From Takakia lepidozioides (Eukaryota > Plantae > Bryophyta): DNA of 64,000 bases. Positions 38,080 through 50,790 of the stretch are shown piece by piece. Position 1 is the first letter of the stretch, and each line of letters opens with the position of its first letter. Location: assembly GCA_030704615.1 (NCBI GenBank), contig CM060734.1, forward strand, positions 28,334,001 to 28,398,000. The letters are read 5' to 3'. A model generated the notes under the pieces. It did not search any database, was not told where the DNA came from, and saw only the letters and a list, made by a program, of their open reading frames with translations. Position numbers and translations under genes: made by a program.

Positions 38080-39600
38080 AGTGAAAATGCAAATGCGGCG
38101 CCGCATTTCCGTTCCACCTTCACATACCTTAGTTGTTGAACAGAAATACGGTGCCGCATTTCCGTCCCACATCTCCATGCCTGAGATACAAAAGGGAAAT
38201 GCGGCGCCGCATTTCCGTTCTGGAATGTCGAAAGATGCGATTCGGACGGAAATGCGGCACAACATTTCAGTTCCTGTGGTTCATGATTTTCAATCCGAAC
38301 AGAAATGCGGTACCGCATTTCCGTTCCACCTTCACATACCTTAGTTGATGAACGGAATGCCGTGCCACATTTCCGTTCGGGAAACTATAAAGGTCTCACC
38401 TGAACGGAAATGCGGTGCCACATTTCTGGTCTGGAAAGTTTGAAGGTCTCACATGGATGGAACTGGGGCACCGCATTTCCGTTCTAGAATGTCGGAAGAT
38501 GCGACTCGGACGGAAATGCGGTGCCGCATTTCAGTTCCGATGGTTCACGATTTTCAGTCAGAACGGAAATGCGGTACCGCATTTCCGTTCTAGAGAGTAT
38601 GAAGGTCTCAAACGGACGGAAATGCGGTGCAAAATTTTCGTCCCTCCGCTCCATGCCTGAGATAGAAAATGAAAATGCGGCGCCGCATTTCCGTTCTAGT
38701 ATGTCAGAAGGTGCGACTCGGACGAAAATGCGGTGCCGCATTTCAGTTCCCGTTGTTCATAATTCTCAATCAGAACAGAAATGCGGTACCGCATTTCCGT
38801 TCTAGAGAGTAAGAAGGTCTTAACCGGTCGGAAATGCGCTGCAGCATTTCCGTCACTCGGCTCCATGCCTCAGATACAAAACGGAAATGCGGCGCCGCAT
38901 TTTCGTTCTAGAATGTCGGAAGGTGCGTCTCGGACGGAAATGCGGTGTCGCATTTCAGTTCCGATGGTTCACGATTTTCAGTCAGAACGGAAATGCGGTA
39001 CCGCATTTCCGTTCTGGAGAGTATGAAGGTCTTAACCGGTCGGAAATGCGCTGCAGCATTTCCGTCACTCGGCTCCATGCTTCAGATACAAAACGGAAAT
39101 GCGGCGCCGCATTTCCATTCTGAAATGTCGGAAGGTGCGACTCGGACGGAAATGCGGTGCCGCATTTCAGTTCCGATGGTTCACGATTTTCAGTCAGAAA
39201 CGGAGATGCGGTACCGCATTTCCGTTCTGGAGAGTATGAAGGTCTCACCCAGACGGAAATGCAGTGCAGCATTTCTATCCCTCAGCTCCATGCGTCAGAT
39301 ACAAAACGGAAGTGTGGCGCCGCATTTCCATTCTGGTATGTCGGATGGTGCGACTCGGTTGGAAATGCGGTGCCGCATTTCAGTTCCCGTGGTTCATGAT
39401 TCTCAATCAGAACGGAAATGCGGTACCGCATTTCCGTTCTGGAGAGTATAAAGGTTTCCCCCGGACGGAAACTCGGTGCAGGTTTTCCGTCGCACTGGTG
39501 CATGACTAAGATGCAAAACGGAAATGCGGTGCCGTATTTCCGTCCAACAGCAATCGAAAGTATCACTCCGGACGGAAATGCGGAACCTCATTTCCGCATG
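38080..39600. repeat. 53-bp-period palindrome array (GGAAATGCGG-NN-CCGCATTTCC) with a 212-bp four-unit higher-order repeat
   Basis: Unit starts at 38881, 38934, 38987, 39040 and 39093. Four spacer types cycle. Confidence 0.95.
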
Positions 39601-39986
39601 CAAAACCTGAATGGGTTGCATTGTTCCGAAACAACACAATTGCGACCTGTCTTGATGAGCACAACTTGGTTGTCTGACCGTTTTAACTAATAGTCCTGGC
39701 ACTTGTCAGTGCGAACGCTCAGGTCTGCACCGAGAATACTGCTGGATCCACGCTCAGGAGAAACTGTCAGGAGATGTTATTTCGTCGCCGAATCGGCCAT
39801 CATTGTCATACTTACTGGCTATGGAATCACACCTCCCACCTTCATGCATGTAGCTTGAAACAATACTTTCTACTTCAATGTGTGACTTCCAATCGTCGAT
39901 GGACTCCGCAGATCCACTTACATGCCTGTGAGCCTTGGTCTGTCGCTATATTGAACCTCGCACTTGTCAACTTCGTGCGGTCTTCG

Positions 39987-42900
39987 ATGGCTCCGAATTC
40001 CTACGCTATAGCTTGCTGTCCTCCGCAACTTGGGAGAGCCTGGATCCCAAACGAGGGAGGACTTTGCAGAGTGACTGAAACTTACATTTGTTCCAAATTC
40101 AAGCTCAAACCGGGCACAGTTTATTTGGAAGAAGAAAGGAAGGATGTTCCTGGACGGGTTGACGAGACCATTGTCGTGCTAGATAACGACGGAGGTTGCG
40201 GAATCGAATGGCATGTACCCCCATCAGACACCATCCTGTACCGAGCTGTGGGAATGCCCATTCCCTTTCCGAATCAGTCCCTGCCCACACCATCCACAAA
40301 GGAGTCCGGAAACCGACAGGCGGCCACTGCCAACAGAGAGGTATGCAACGATAATCATTCTCGACCTGGACCGTCAAGACCCTCCATAGTTTCTCGCGTG
40401 GACATATTCGACATTTCCGACGAGGAAGATGAGTGCATTGAGGTCCCCATGTTCTCCACACGGTCGTTCAAATCCGACATGGACGTCTCTGCAGGTGCTA
40501 CGCATGTACCCTCGAGCATAACTCCAACCCGGTCCATTGTGCAGCTCCTACGGCAACATCACCTCGATGGTTCTCGCTCCGAGCTGGCTGCTCTCGACTA
40601 TGCCAAATTTCCAGTCAGGAAGGTAACGTGTCTGCCTCCCGAAGTCGATGGCAATGTCATCTTCGAGTTTCCACCTATTACTTCGTCAAACAAAGCCTCA
40701 GGGATGTTAACAGACATGGATCGAAAGCATGACGGACACCCCTGGTGTGTGACGAAGACCAGTAGCACGAAAATTGCTGATGGTGTTCGTGTACGATACG
40801 TCCTTTGTGCGGGGAAGCTGAGGTGCCTCAATCCCGCCTGCTTCCACTTTCTTTCCAAAGGAGGGCGGAGAAACGAGACAGATTGGACTGGCACAATGCA
40901 TCATCCATTCATTGTCTCCAGCCAAGCTCCTGCGGGTACTTTCAAGTGTGCACATTGCAAAGAACCACCGACGTGCATGTCCATGTGCAGAGCCAAGCAA
41001 TATTACGTAATCCATTTGCTCCCGGACTTGACTAGAGCTTGCATACACGTTGGGGTCCACTGCCACCCCTTGGCGAGAGGCAACATGCGTGAGGCTGTGC
41101 AGGAAGCACACGACATCATAAAAGAGGAGGTGAAATTGAGCCCCGGAGCCAGACCAAAGCAGATTCAGTTGAAGGCAGCCCACAAGATTGCTCTTGGCAA
41201 AATCATGTCTGAAGATGGTTCAGACCGGGTGCCCTTGAACGAAGAGGAGATGCTTGACCTGTTGGAGTCCGTCTCGCACGTTTGTAGTCCGAATGTGCGG
41301 AATCACATCGTATCTTGCAAGCAAGAGTTCGGCCAGGGGTCGGACATGCACTCAATCCTGGAGGTGAAACGAATGACTGGATATGACTACATCCAAGGTA
41401 GCAGGTTTCCAGGGCAAGGCAGTGAATCCGATCGTTGTTACATTTTTAAAATGTCGACGTGTGGACCTGGGAGTGGAGTCGACTTGGTCACTCGCATGAC
41501 AACTGGAAACTTGTCGAATGCTTGGGTGATGTTTGATAACATCAAGCGAATTACAAACCATCAGTGGGTGACTATGGGTGCGCATGTTTATGACTATCAC
41601 TCCAAGTGGCTCATGACGATTGCAATCTACGAGATGAAAGGGGAGGACACACAGTCGGAGATGCATCTGTGGGAGGGCATAAACGAGTAGATGGCAAGGA
41701 CGGGATTGCCAGAGCCCAATTTCAGGGGATTCATGGCAGACAACGCTCAGGCCAACTGGGCAGCGGTGCGGCGTGTGTACGGTGAGGACCCCAATGTTCC
41801 AATGGAGGGGAAAGAGAGATCCTGTGGATTCCATTGGATGCAGAGTCTATCTCACTACACTACCAAATTTGTTGCTAGCTCATTCCAGGCTGAACACCGT
41901 GTCCTTTGTACGGCGTGGAAGGATGCACCCACATTTGATGACGCGGAGGTTAAGTTTGCTATCATCGAGGCTTGGTGGAACACGTCAGGTGCAGTGGAGA
42001 CAACCAATCTGGGAGCCTTGCACAGCTGGTTGGGGTGGTGGCATTTCCGGTATCGACAGTTCGGACAGTACATGCGGGAGGTATGATGCTGTCATTTTCG
42101 TGCAATTGTCTTTCTATTACGGACCTTTCCATAGGTTCCTCACCATTGTTTGTGTCCTTGTAGGAGCGGTGCTTGGATTCCAACACGGACATGCCGAACA
42201 CGAATATGGCAGAATCAGTGCACTCCTCCTGGCGAGCGTCTTCTGCCGCACATCTGGTGGACGTAGTGACGGCCACAACGGAGGACATCGAAAGAGCAAT
42301 CATGCAGCAAGCCACGTACTACAAGTTCCTGAGCGGGAAACAATGGGGCTTTGGGCCGGACAGGGATGAATTGTTGGTACGAACAGCTTCGAGGTCGAAG
42401 AATCCACTGAAATGGGCGACAGCATTGCGAGAGAAGATCAAAGGGACGCCTCTGCACCGCAGAGGTGAGCACCTAGAGGGGGAGGTCCGTACTCGCCCTG
42501 TGAGGTGGAGGATTGAAGAGGAACCTGGGTGCAAAGAGGATTCCTGGAGATCCAACAGGAACATTCAGACAGCACCTCGAGGGCCCGTCATGTTGCCGCA
42601 CAATGTGTCTTCCAGCAGTGGAAGCCCAAGAAATTCCAGATCGCCATCGCCTTCAAGTGGGGATTCCGTGCGAGAAATTCCCACCGCTCGCTTGCCCCAG
42701 ATTCCGCCCGCTGTTATGCAGTATGGCCAAGCCATTGTGGGGACGACTGTGTCTGCGTCACAGTGGAGAATTGCTCGCACAAAGCCGTCGTTTTGAGGCA
42801 GGTGTTCCGCAATTCGAGTGGATACACGGCAACGTTGTTTAGAGATGATAAGGAGGAATCCAGATGGTGTTGTCCCTGCTCCTACTTTTACAGGAAGATT

Positions 42901-43590
42901 TGTCCATGCAAAGTTTGCGGAGGCGACAACCACCCAGTTCTGGTTCTGCAGGCACGACATTATGACTTGCGTGTATGGAAAGCCCAAGTACGGCATACAA
43001 ACAATGCCAGAGGCTTGGTGTGGCCGGTGGAACCAGGCTGCGATCTGAGTCAGGTTGAGGCCGACGCCCTTACTGCCGCATGATTTCAGATGGTGCAGCG
43101 TACTGACGTCCCCAGACAACCATTTCCGCTTCCACAGCCTCCACCACCGACCTCTATGAGAGCAAGAACAATGGGTACCGACAGCTCTAAGCATCCTACA
43201 CACCGTTGGGGGAAACCGAAGAGGCGGCGACCTCCCTCAAAAGTGAACGTGACAAGGATGGGGAATGCACTTCGGATGAGCTGTACAATCCAGAGCTCAA
43301 CAGAAGTGCCCCCACCAGGCTTCGGGCATGTGTATCAGATGGCCACGGCAGGCTCAGCTGTTCGCAATGAGGTGTACACCATCACCATTTCAGAATTACC
43401 CACCTGCAATTGCACCGACTTCCAGATCATGGCGAGCAAGGGGGCATCACACTGCCCTTGCAAGCATCTGTACTACGTGTACCTAAAGAGACTCCAGTGT
43501 AATTCCACAACTCATCACTTCATACATGCACCAGGGTTGAGCCCCCAAGAGGTGCACACTCTTCTGAATATGGATCCAAGGGACCAGTGA
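39987..43590 (+). pseudogene. MULE transposase copy 1, near full length (N-terminal domain, GCM/WRKY-like Zn domain, DDE core, Cys4 domain, SWIM); intron 42081-42163
   Basis: DGHPW...CAGKLRCLNPAC...CAHC...C...HVGVHCH, WVMFD, GFMADNA, CGFH, TNMAESVH and CNCTDF...CKHLY. A GT-AG intron restores the frame. Stops at 41688, 42794 and 43081, and a frameshift near 43020. Confidence 0.9.
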
Positions 43591-44423
43591 CCTTGGCTTG
43601 CGGTCCCAACACTATGGTACGCCCATCCTTTTCGGATAGTAGAACTGTACTGCTGCAAGTAACTCTGACTCTGGCCACAGAAAGGTCCGACTTATGTCTT
43701 GCCTACCAGTAACCTGTTTTGCTCGAATTAAGATAATACTATGTCATTCACTCGTGTTTCCACGTGCATGTATTTTTGTGTGTTGGAGGGTTCCTGTTTT
43801 TCTGCTCTCCCAAACTTTGCTTTCCTGCCGAATACTCGAAGATGACAGAATTGTGCAGACTCTATTGGTTCAATCGCGGCAAAAGGGTCAGCTTCATTCC
43901 AATGTTAAGGCATGTAAAACCGCGGAATACTCTATACAGGCCAGTATGCGACGTCTTTTTGCCGTGGTATACTGGATTTCTCGTTGCATGGTCACTCATT
44001 TCCATGAGCGGATCTAAAAAACCATGAGCGGAGTTGTTACTGGCGACATATCTTCGCCGCACTGTGTATGCAGACGAAGCAGTTCGATGCATACTGCTTT
44101 GTGAAGGAGAACTCGACCTTTGCTTTCCGGAAGGAGGGATTGTTGGTTGACCCGAATTGTGACCCCATCGATTACGACGTCCTGTAGAGCCCAATGAAGG
44201 ACGGGGGCTGCTATTTCATGAGCGGCATGAGCATGAGCGGAAAAAAAAAAAGCATGAGCAGACCATTGTGAGTCCACGGAAATAGGGTTAGGAGGCACGG
44301 AAATAGGGTCATGTGAAGTTGGAATGTGGCACCAGTGGACTTGAAATGCAACATATTATTGCAAATTTTGTGGCAAGCCACGTCTATACAAGTGTGTTCT
44401 AACTGTTATAGCCGGAATGGGCA

Positions 44424-44606
44424 CTATTCTCCTACACCCTCCGAGGAACTTGCCCCACCTTCTTCCTCATCCCCCTCATCCCCCTCATCCTTCGAGCTTT
44501 GTGATGCATCAGTTTCACTATGCCTCTCAAAAATCCCGTCCTCTTGGGGGACTGTCCACCTCACCTCCTGGGAATCTTCTGCATCTTCTCCCCCATCTTC
44601 TCCCCC
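44424..44606 (-). pseudogene. 3' tail of the small acidic cargo gene
   Basis: EDSQEVRWTVPQEDGIFERHS is near-identical to 61280-61404. Confidence 0.8.
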
Positions 44607-44609
44607 AAA

Positions 44610-46140
44610 TTTTGCGCGCCGACCTACCTGGCGGATGGAAATCCGGCGCCGGATTTCCATCCATCCGCTCTTCAAATTACCTGCATGACTGGAAAAATGG
44701 CGCCGAATTTCCGATTTTGGTGCCAGCCACCCTCGGGACTTAGCCATTTTCGGTGCCGAAAATGGCTAAGTCCCAGATCTGACTGAGCACCAAACTGGAA
44801 AAGTAGCGTTTTTTTTTTTTTTTTTTTTTTTTTTTCGGCGCCATTTTTCTAGTTCGGGGCCGAAAATGGCTAAGTCCCAGATCTGACTGGGCCCAGAACT
44901 GGAAAAATGGCGCCGAATTTCCGATTTTGGGTGCTAGTCAGATCTGGGACTTAGCCGTTTTCGGCCTCGAACTGGAAAAATGGCGTTTTTTTTTTTTTTT
45001 TTTTTTTTTTTTTTCGGCGCCATTTTTCCAGTTCGGGGCCGAAAATGGCCAAATCCCAGATCTGACTAGCACCAAAATCGGAAATTCAGCGCCATTTTTC
45101 CAGTCATGCAGGTAATTCGAAGAGCAGATGGATATCCGGCACCGGAGTAGGTCGGCGCGCAAAATTTCCATCATGCAGGTAATTCAGAGCGCGGATGGAT
45201 GGAAATCTGGCACCGGATTTCCATCCATCCGCTCTTCGAATTACCTCCATGACTGGAAAAATGGCGCCGAATTTCCGATTTTGGTGCCAGTCAGATCTGG
45301 GACTTAGCCGTTTTCAGCCCCGAACTGGAAAAATGGCGTTTTTTTTTTTTTCATTTTTTTTTTCATTTTTTTTTTCATTTTTTCCAGTGCCATTTTTCCA
45401 GTTCGGGGCCGGAAATGGCTAAGTCCCAGATCTGACTGGCACCAAAATTGGAAATTCGGCGCCATTTTTCCAGTCATGCAGGTAATTCGAAGAGCGGATG
45501 GATGGAAATCCGGCGCTGGATTTACATCCGCCAGGTACGTCGGCGCGCAAAATTTCCATCATGCAGGTAATTCGGAGCGCGGATGGATGAAAATCCGGCG
45601 CCGGATTTCCATCCATCCGCTCTTCGAATTACCTCCATGACTGGAAAAATGGCGCCGAATTTCCGATTTTGGTGCCAGTCAGATCTCGGACTTAGCCGTT
45701 TTCGGCCCCGAACAGGAAAAATGGAGTTTTTTTTTTTTTTTTTTTTTTTTTTTCTTTTTTTTCTTTTGGCGCCATTTTTCGAGTTCGGGGCTGAAAATGG
45801 CTAAGTCCCAGATCTGACTGGCACCAAAATCGGAAATTCGGCGCCATTTTTCCAGTCATGCAGGTAATTCGAAGAGCGGATGGATGGAAATCCGGCGCCG
45901 GATTTCCATCCGCCAGGTAAGTCGGCGCGCAAAATTTTTGTCTTGCAGGTAATTCGAAGAGCGGATGGATGGAAATCCGGCGCCGGATTTCCATCCGCCA
46001 CGTAGGTTGGCGCGCAAAATTTCCATCATGCAGGTAATTCGGAGCGCGGATGGATGGAAATCCGGCGCCGGATTTCCATCCTCCAGGTAAGTCGGCGCTG
46101 CAAATTCCGTAGGGCGGCGCGCCAAATTTCCCTCACGCAG
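44610..46140. repeat. Tandem foldback units (arms up to ~140 bp around poly-T loops) built from GGCGCC-centred palindromes
   Basis: For example 45582-45724 is the inverse of 45768-45911. Four poly-T loops. Period ~388 bp (45195 to 45583). Confidence 0.9.
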
Positions 46141-46149
46141 GTAATTCGG

Positions 46150-46700
46150 AAGCGGATGGATGGAAATCCGGCGCCGAATTTCCATCCAGCAGGTAAGTGG
46201 AGTCGCGGATGGATGGAAATCCGGCGCCGTATTTCCATCCAGCAGGTAAGTGGAATCCCCGATGGATGGAAATCCGGCGCCGTATTTCCATCCTGCTGGT
46301 AATTCGAATCCCGGATAGATGGAAATCCGGCGCCGTATTTCCATCCTGCAGGTAATTCGAATCCCGGATGGATGGAAATCCGGCGCTGAATTTCCATCCA
46401 GCAGGTAAGTCGGATCGCTTGCGTATGGATATTCGGCGCCGAATTTCCATTCACAAGGTATTTCATCGCTCAGAATTACCTTCCTGCAGGTAATTCTGAT
46501 TGATGAATTACCTTCCTACAGGTAATTCTGATCGATGGATTACCTTCGTGCAGGTAATTCTGAGCGAGGAATTACCTTCCTACCTTCATCGATCAGAATT
46601 ACCTGCAGGAAGGTAATTCTCAGATCAGAATTACCTGCAGGAAGGTAATTCATCGATCAGAATTACCTGCAGGAAGGTAATTCTGAGCGATGAAATACCT
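46150..46700. repeat. 53-bp-period GGATGGAAATCCGGCGCCG palindrome array, followed by short CAGAATTACC..GGTAATTCTG hairpin repeats
   Basis: Unit starts at 46154, 46207, 46260, 46313 and 46366. Confidence 0.9.
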
Positions 46701-47500
46701 GGTGAATGGAAATTCGGCGCCGAATATCCATACGCCAGCGATCCGACTTACCTGCTGGATGGAAATTCGGCGCCGGATTTCCATCCGGGGGATGGTCTCT
46801 GTCGGAGAGGTGTCGGCCTCTCCGCCGCTCTGTTGGATATTCGGTGCTGAATTTCCGTCCGAGGGTTAAAATATGACGGCCAGGTGCTGACCTCTCCCCC
46901 CTCCCCGACTGCATTGGAACGGCCCCGGATTGAAATTCGGCGCCGTTTTCCCATCTGGGGAGGTTTTTATGTCGGCCAGTTTTCGGTCTGACCCCCCAAC
47001 ACGACTTCCTTTGGGAGGGCCCGGATGGAAATTCGGTGCCGAATCTCCATCGAGGGGATGCTCTCTGTCGAACACGTGCCGACCTCTACGCCCGAGGCGA
47101 CTTCATCCGGGCGTCCCTGTTCGATATTCGGTGCCGAATTTCCGTCCGGGGGTTGAAATGTGACGGCCAAGTGTCGGCCTCTCCCCCCTCCCCGAGTGCA
47201 TCCGAACCGCCCCGGATGGAAATTCGGCGCCGTTTTTCCATCTGGGGATGTTTTTATGCCGGCCAGTTTTCGGCTTGACCCCCCGACACGACTTCCTTTG
47301 GGGGGGCCCGGATGGAAATTCGGCGCCGAATCTCCATCCAGGGGATGTTCTCTGTCGCACACGCGCCGGCCTCTGCGCCCGAGGCAACTTCATCCGGGCT
47401 TCCCCTGTTGGATATTGGGTGCCGAATTTCCATTTGGGGGTAGTAATGTGACGGCACGGTGCCGGCTTCTCCCCTTCAGCCGTCATCATCCGGACGGCCC
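46700..47500. repeat. Diverged ~96-bp-unit array upstream of transposase copy 2, inverted relative to 55965-57645
   Basis: ggatggaaattcggcgccg...ggggatg..ctctgtcg...cgacttcatccgggc is the reverse complement of the 96-bp unit. Confidence 0.8.
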
Positions 47501-47737
47501 CCCACTTTCTGACTGCATACCGTTGGCAGTTATTGCGCAAAGACCAGGGGCCGCATTCCGGAGACAAGGTTCATTAACACTCTGACTGTGGATTTTTGAG
47601 ATAGTTGGCTCCCTGGATTTGGATCAGGCTTCGTCGCTCGGACAAATCGGCATCGCATTCATTCCCATCGCTGCATCCCCCTTCTACCAGGGAGCTTCCC
47701 CGCACGCCATCCTGGCAGTCTTGTGTGCACATCTCCC

Positions 47738-50327
47738 ATGGCGGAAAACCCGAGCGCTACAGTGTACTGCCCTCCTCACGAGCATAGAGCTTCATTTCCG
47801 TGCAGAGGGGACATCTGTCGGGTGATGGAGAAATATCTGTGCGTTCGATACCACCTGAAACCGGGGTCGGGTTTTTGGAGGAGGAAAGGAAGGACTCTAA
47901 CGGCCTTGTTGTCGAGAGTATTGTTGTGCTCCACGATAATTTCGGCGATGGCAGGGAATGGCGAGTTCCACCATCGGACAGCGTCATATACAGGGCTGTT
48001 GGGGACTTCATTTGCCCGCCAAATGCACCTTCTATCCTGGCGCCTTCCACGAAACAATCCGCGAATCAGAGAGTGGCTACCTCAAAGAGTGGCTACCTCA
48101 AAGAGAGAAGTCCGCAACGAAGTAAATCCAGAGCCGAACCCATCCATGAAGACGAGCGAGAACCGGGTTGTTCACAACCTGTCCGACTCAGATGAGGTCA
48201 TGGAAGTTCCGAGGTCGTCCTGGAGATCAGGCAAGTCCTCAATGGACGTCACTGGAGGAGGGAGTCATATTCCCAGCACAAGCACCGCAGTTCGATCTAT
48301 TCTTGAAATTCTGCGAGGGCTTCACCTGGAGGGACACCGGTCGGAGCTGGCCGGGCTGGACTACAGCAAGTTCGCAATTAAATCGGTTACATGCCTTCCC
48401 GCCGACGTCGACGGTAATATCTTCTTTGAGTTCCCTCCTCGGGCGGACTACTCGAGGGCGTCCGGAATGTTGACAGATATGGATAGAAAACATGACGGTC
48501 ATCCTTGGTGCGTTACCAAAACCACCAGCATGAAGATGCTCGATGGTGTGCGGGTGCACTACGTTGTTTGTGCGGGCGCGTTGCGGTGTTTCTCCCCAAC
48601 TTGCTTCCACTTTAAATCCAGAGGTCACAGGAACGAGACCGATTGGACAGGCACAGCTCATCAACCATTTCGAGCTCAGGAGAAGGTTCCGAACTCCACA
48701 TTTAAGCATTGCTGGAGTCGGTGTCCCACGTATGTTCACCGAATGTCCGAAACCACATTGTCTCATGCAAACAGAAAATTGGGCGTGGCTCGGATATGCA
48801 CTCCATTCTGGAGGTGAAGCGACGATGTGGATATGACTACATTCATGGAAGTAGGTTTCAAGGACAAGGGACTGAGGCATATCGTTGTTTCGTATTCAAA
48901 ATGTCCACGTGTGGACCTGGCAGCGGCGTCAAACTGGTCGACAGGATGACGAGTGGGAACTTGTCAAACAGTTGGGTCATGTTCGACCATATCAAGCGAA
49001 TTACAAATCACCAGTGGGTGACAATGGGTGCACATGTCTACGACACCCACTGCAGGATGCTAATGACAATTGCTATTTGTGAGATTAAAGGAGAGGACAC
49101 ACAATCGGAGATGCTTCTTTGGCAGGGAATAAACGAACAGATGGCCAAGGCGGGATTGCCCCCTCCCAATTCCCGTGGTTTCATGGCGGACAACGTACAA
49201 GCAAATTGGGCTGCCATCCGAAGGGTGTACGGGCAAGACCCCAATGTTCCCATGGAAGGCAAGGAGAGATCTTGTGGGTTCCATTTTCTGCAGAGCCTTT
49301 CGCAGTACACAACCAGGCTCGTGGCGCCAGATTTCAGAGAGGAGCACCGTTCCATGTGTCTTGCGTGGAAGCGCGCTCCCACCTTGGATGATGCAGAGAC
49401 ACAGTTTGCATGCATACGGGCTTGGTGGACATCGTCAGGTGCTGTAAGGAAATCAGACGAGGGAGGAATGGTCAGTTGGCTAGCATGGTGGCATTATCGT
49501 TTCCTCCAGTTCGGCGACTATATTCGGGAGGTGAGTTGCACGAATTCGCGTCCCGTTGAATATTATTCTTGGCCATATTTGTAACTTGCTTGTAACCTGA
49601 ACATGTGCTTATGCAGGAAATGTGTCTCGACTCCGACACCGACATGCCCACGACAAACATGGCCGAATCAGTGCACTCTTCCTGGCGTGCCTCCTCTGCA
49701 GCGCATCTGGTGGACATCCTCACTGCCACAACGGAGGACATTGTGAGGTCAATTATGCAGCAATGCAGGTACAACGAGTTCTTGAAAGGGAAACAGTGGG
49801 GCTTGGGGCCGGACAGGCAGGAAATGGTGCAACGCACAGACATCCCGGCCCACGCATTTCCGGTTCCTCAGACCCAGCCATTGCAGACTGCTCGGTCCAG
49901 TAGAGACGGATTGGACAATTCTGCACATCCCACAATGCGATTCGGAAGAGTGAAGAGACGACACCCTCCCAACAAGTTGAATGAGACTCGGATTGCCAAT
50001 GCTCTTGGGATGGCTTGCACTATTCAGAGCTCCGTGGACGTACCCCCACCCGACCTTGGGCGTGTGTATCGGATGGCAACGGCTGGCTCGGCTGTACGCG
50101 ACAATGTATACACAATTACGATTGGAGTGGAGCCGACTTGCAATTGTACGGACTTCTCGTTGATGGAAGCAAAGAAGGGTTCCAAGTATTATCCGTGCAA
50201 GCATCTGTATTACATTTACCTGAAGAGGTTGAGGATGAACGTGACTATTGATGACTTTATTCATGCATCGGCGTTGAGCATGAACGAGCTGCACAAACTC
50301 CTCCTTAGGGATTCCAGAAATCATTGA
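47738..50327 (+). pseudogene. MULE transposase copy 2 with internal deletions (~48706 and ~49826); intron 49531-49616
   Basis: Same motifs as copy 1. Intron bounded by GTGAGT...TGCAG. SWIM finger CNCTDF...CKHLY. Confidence 0.9.
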
Positions 50328-50484
50328 TGGGGCAAACGGAATCCTCCATATGGATATTTTCAATTGCATTTTGCTGTATCAGACTTTTTTTTGCAGTGTA
50401 ATGAAATGCACCCCAAAACTCCTGGAATGAGGCAATATTCCATTCAAACTGAGATCCAACAAAAGCAGTTGTGGGGCCATTTCT

Positions 50485-50790
50485 GGAAAAATGGCGCCGA
50501 ATTTCTCTTTTTGGGGCCGAAAACTGGCTAAGTCCCAACATGCACTGGTACCTGTGTCTGGGAAAATGGCGCCGAATTTCTCTTTTTTGGGCCGAAAACT
50601 GGCTAAGTCCCAACATGCACTGGTACCGTGTCTGGAAAAATGGCGCCGAATTTCTCTTTTTTGGGCCGAAAACTGGCTAAGTCCCAACATGCACTGGTAC
50701 AGTGTCTGGAAAAATGGCGCCGAATTTCCCTATTTTGCGCCGAAAACTGGCTAAGTCCGAACATGCACTGGAAAAATGGCGCCGAATTAC
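50485..50790. repeat. 74-bp-period subterminal array containing GGAAAAATGGCGCCGAATTTC
   Basis: Unit starts at 50485, 50560, 50634 and 50708. Confidence 0.92.

Noticed and set aside
38080-39600. CRISPR array (palindromic repeats at constant spacing)
   Set aside because: Spacers recur as four types in a 212-bp higher-order repeat, no cas genes are present, and the context is intron-bearing eukaryotic TE sequence.
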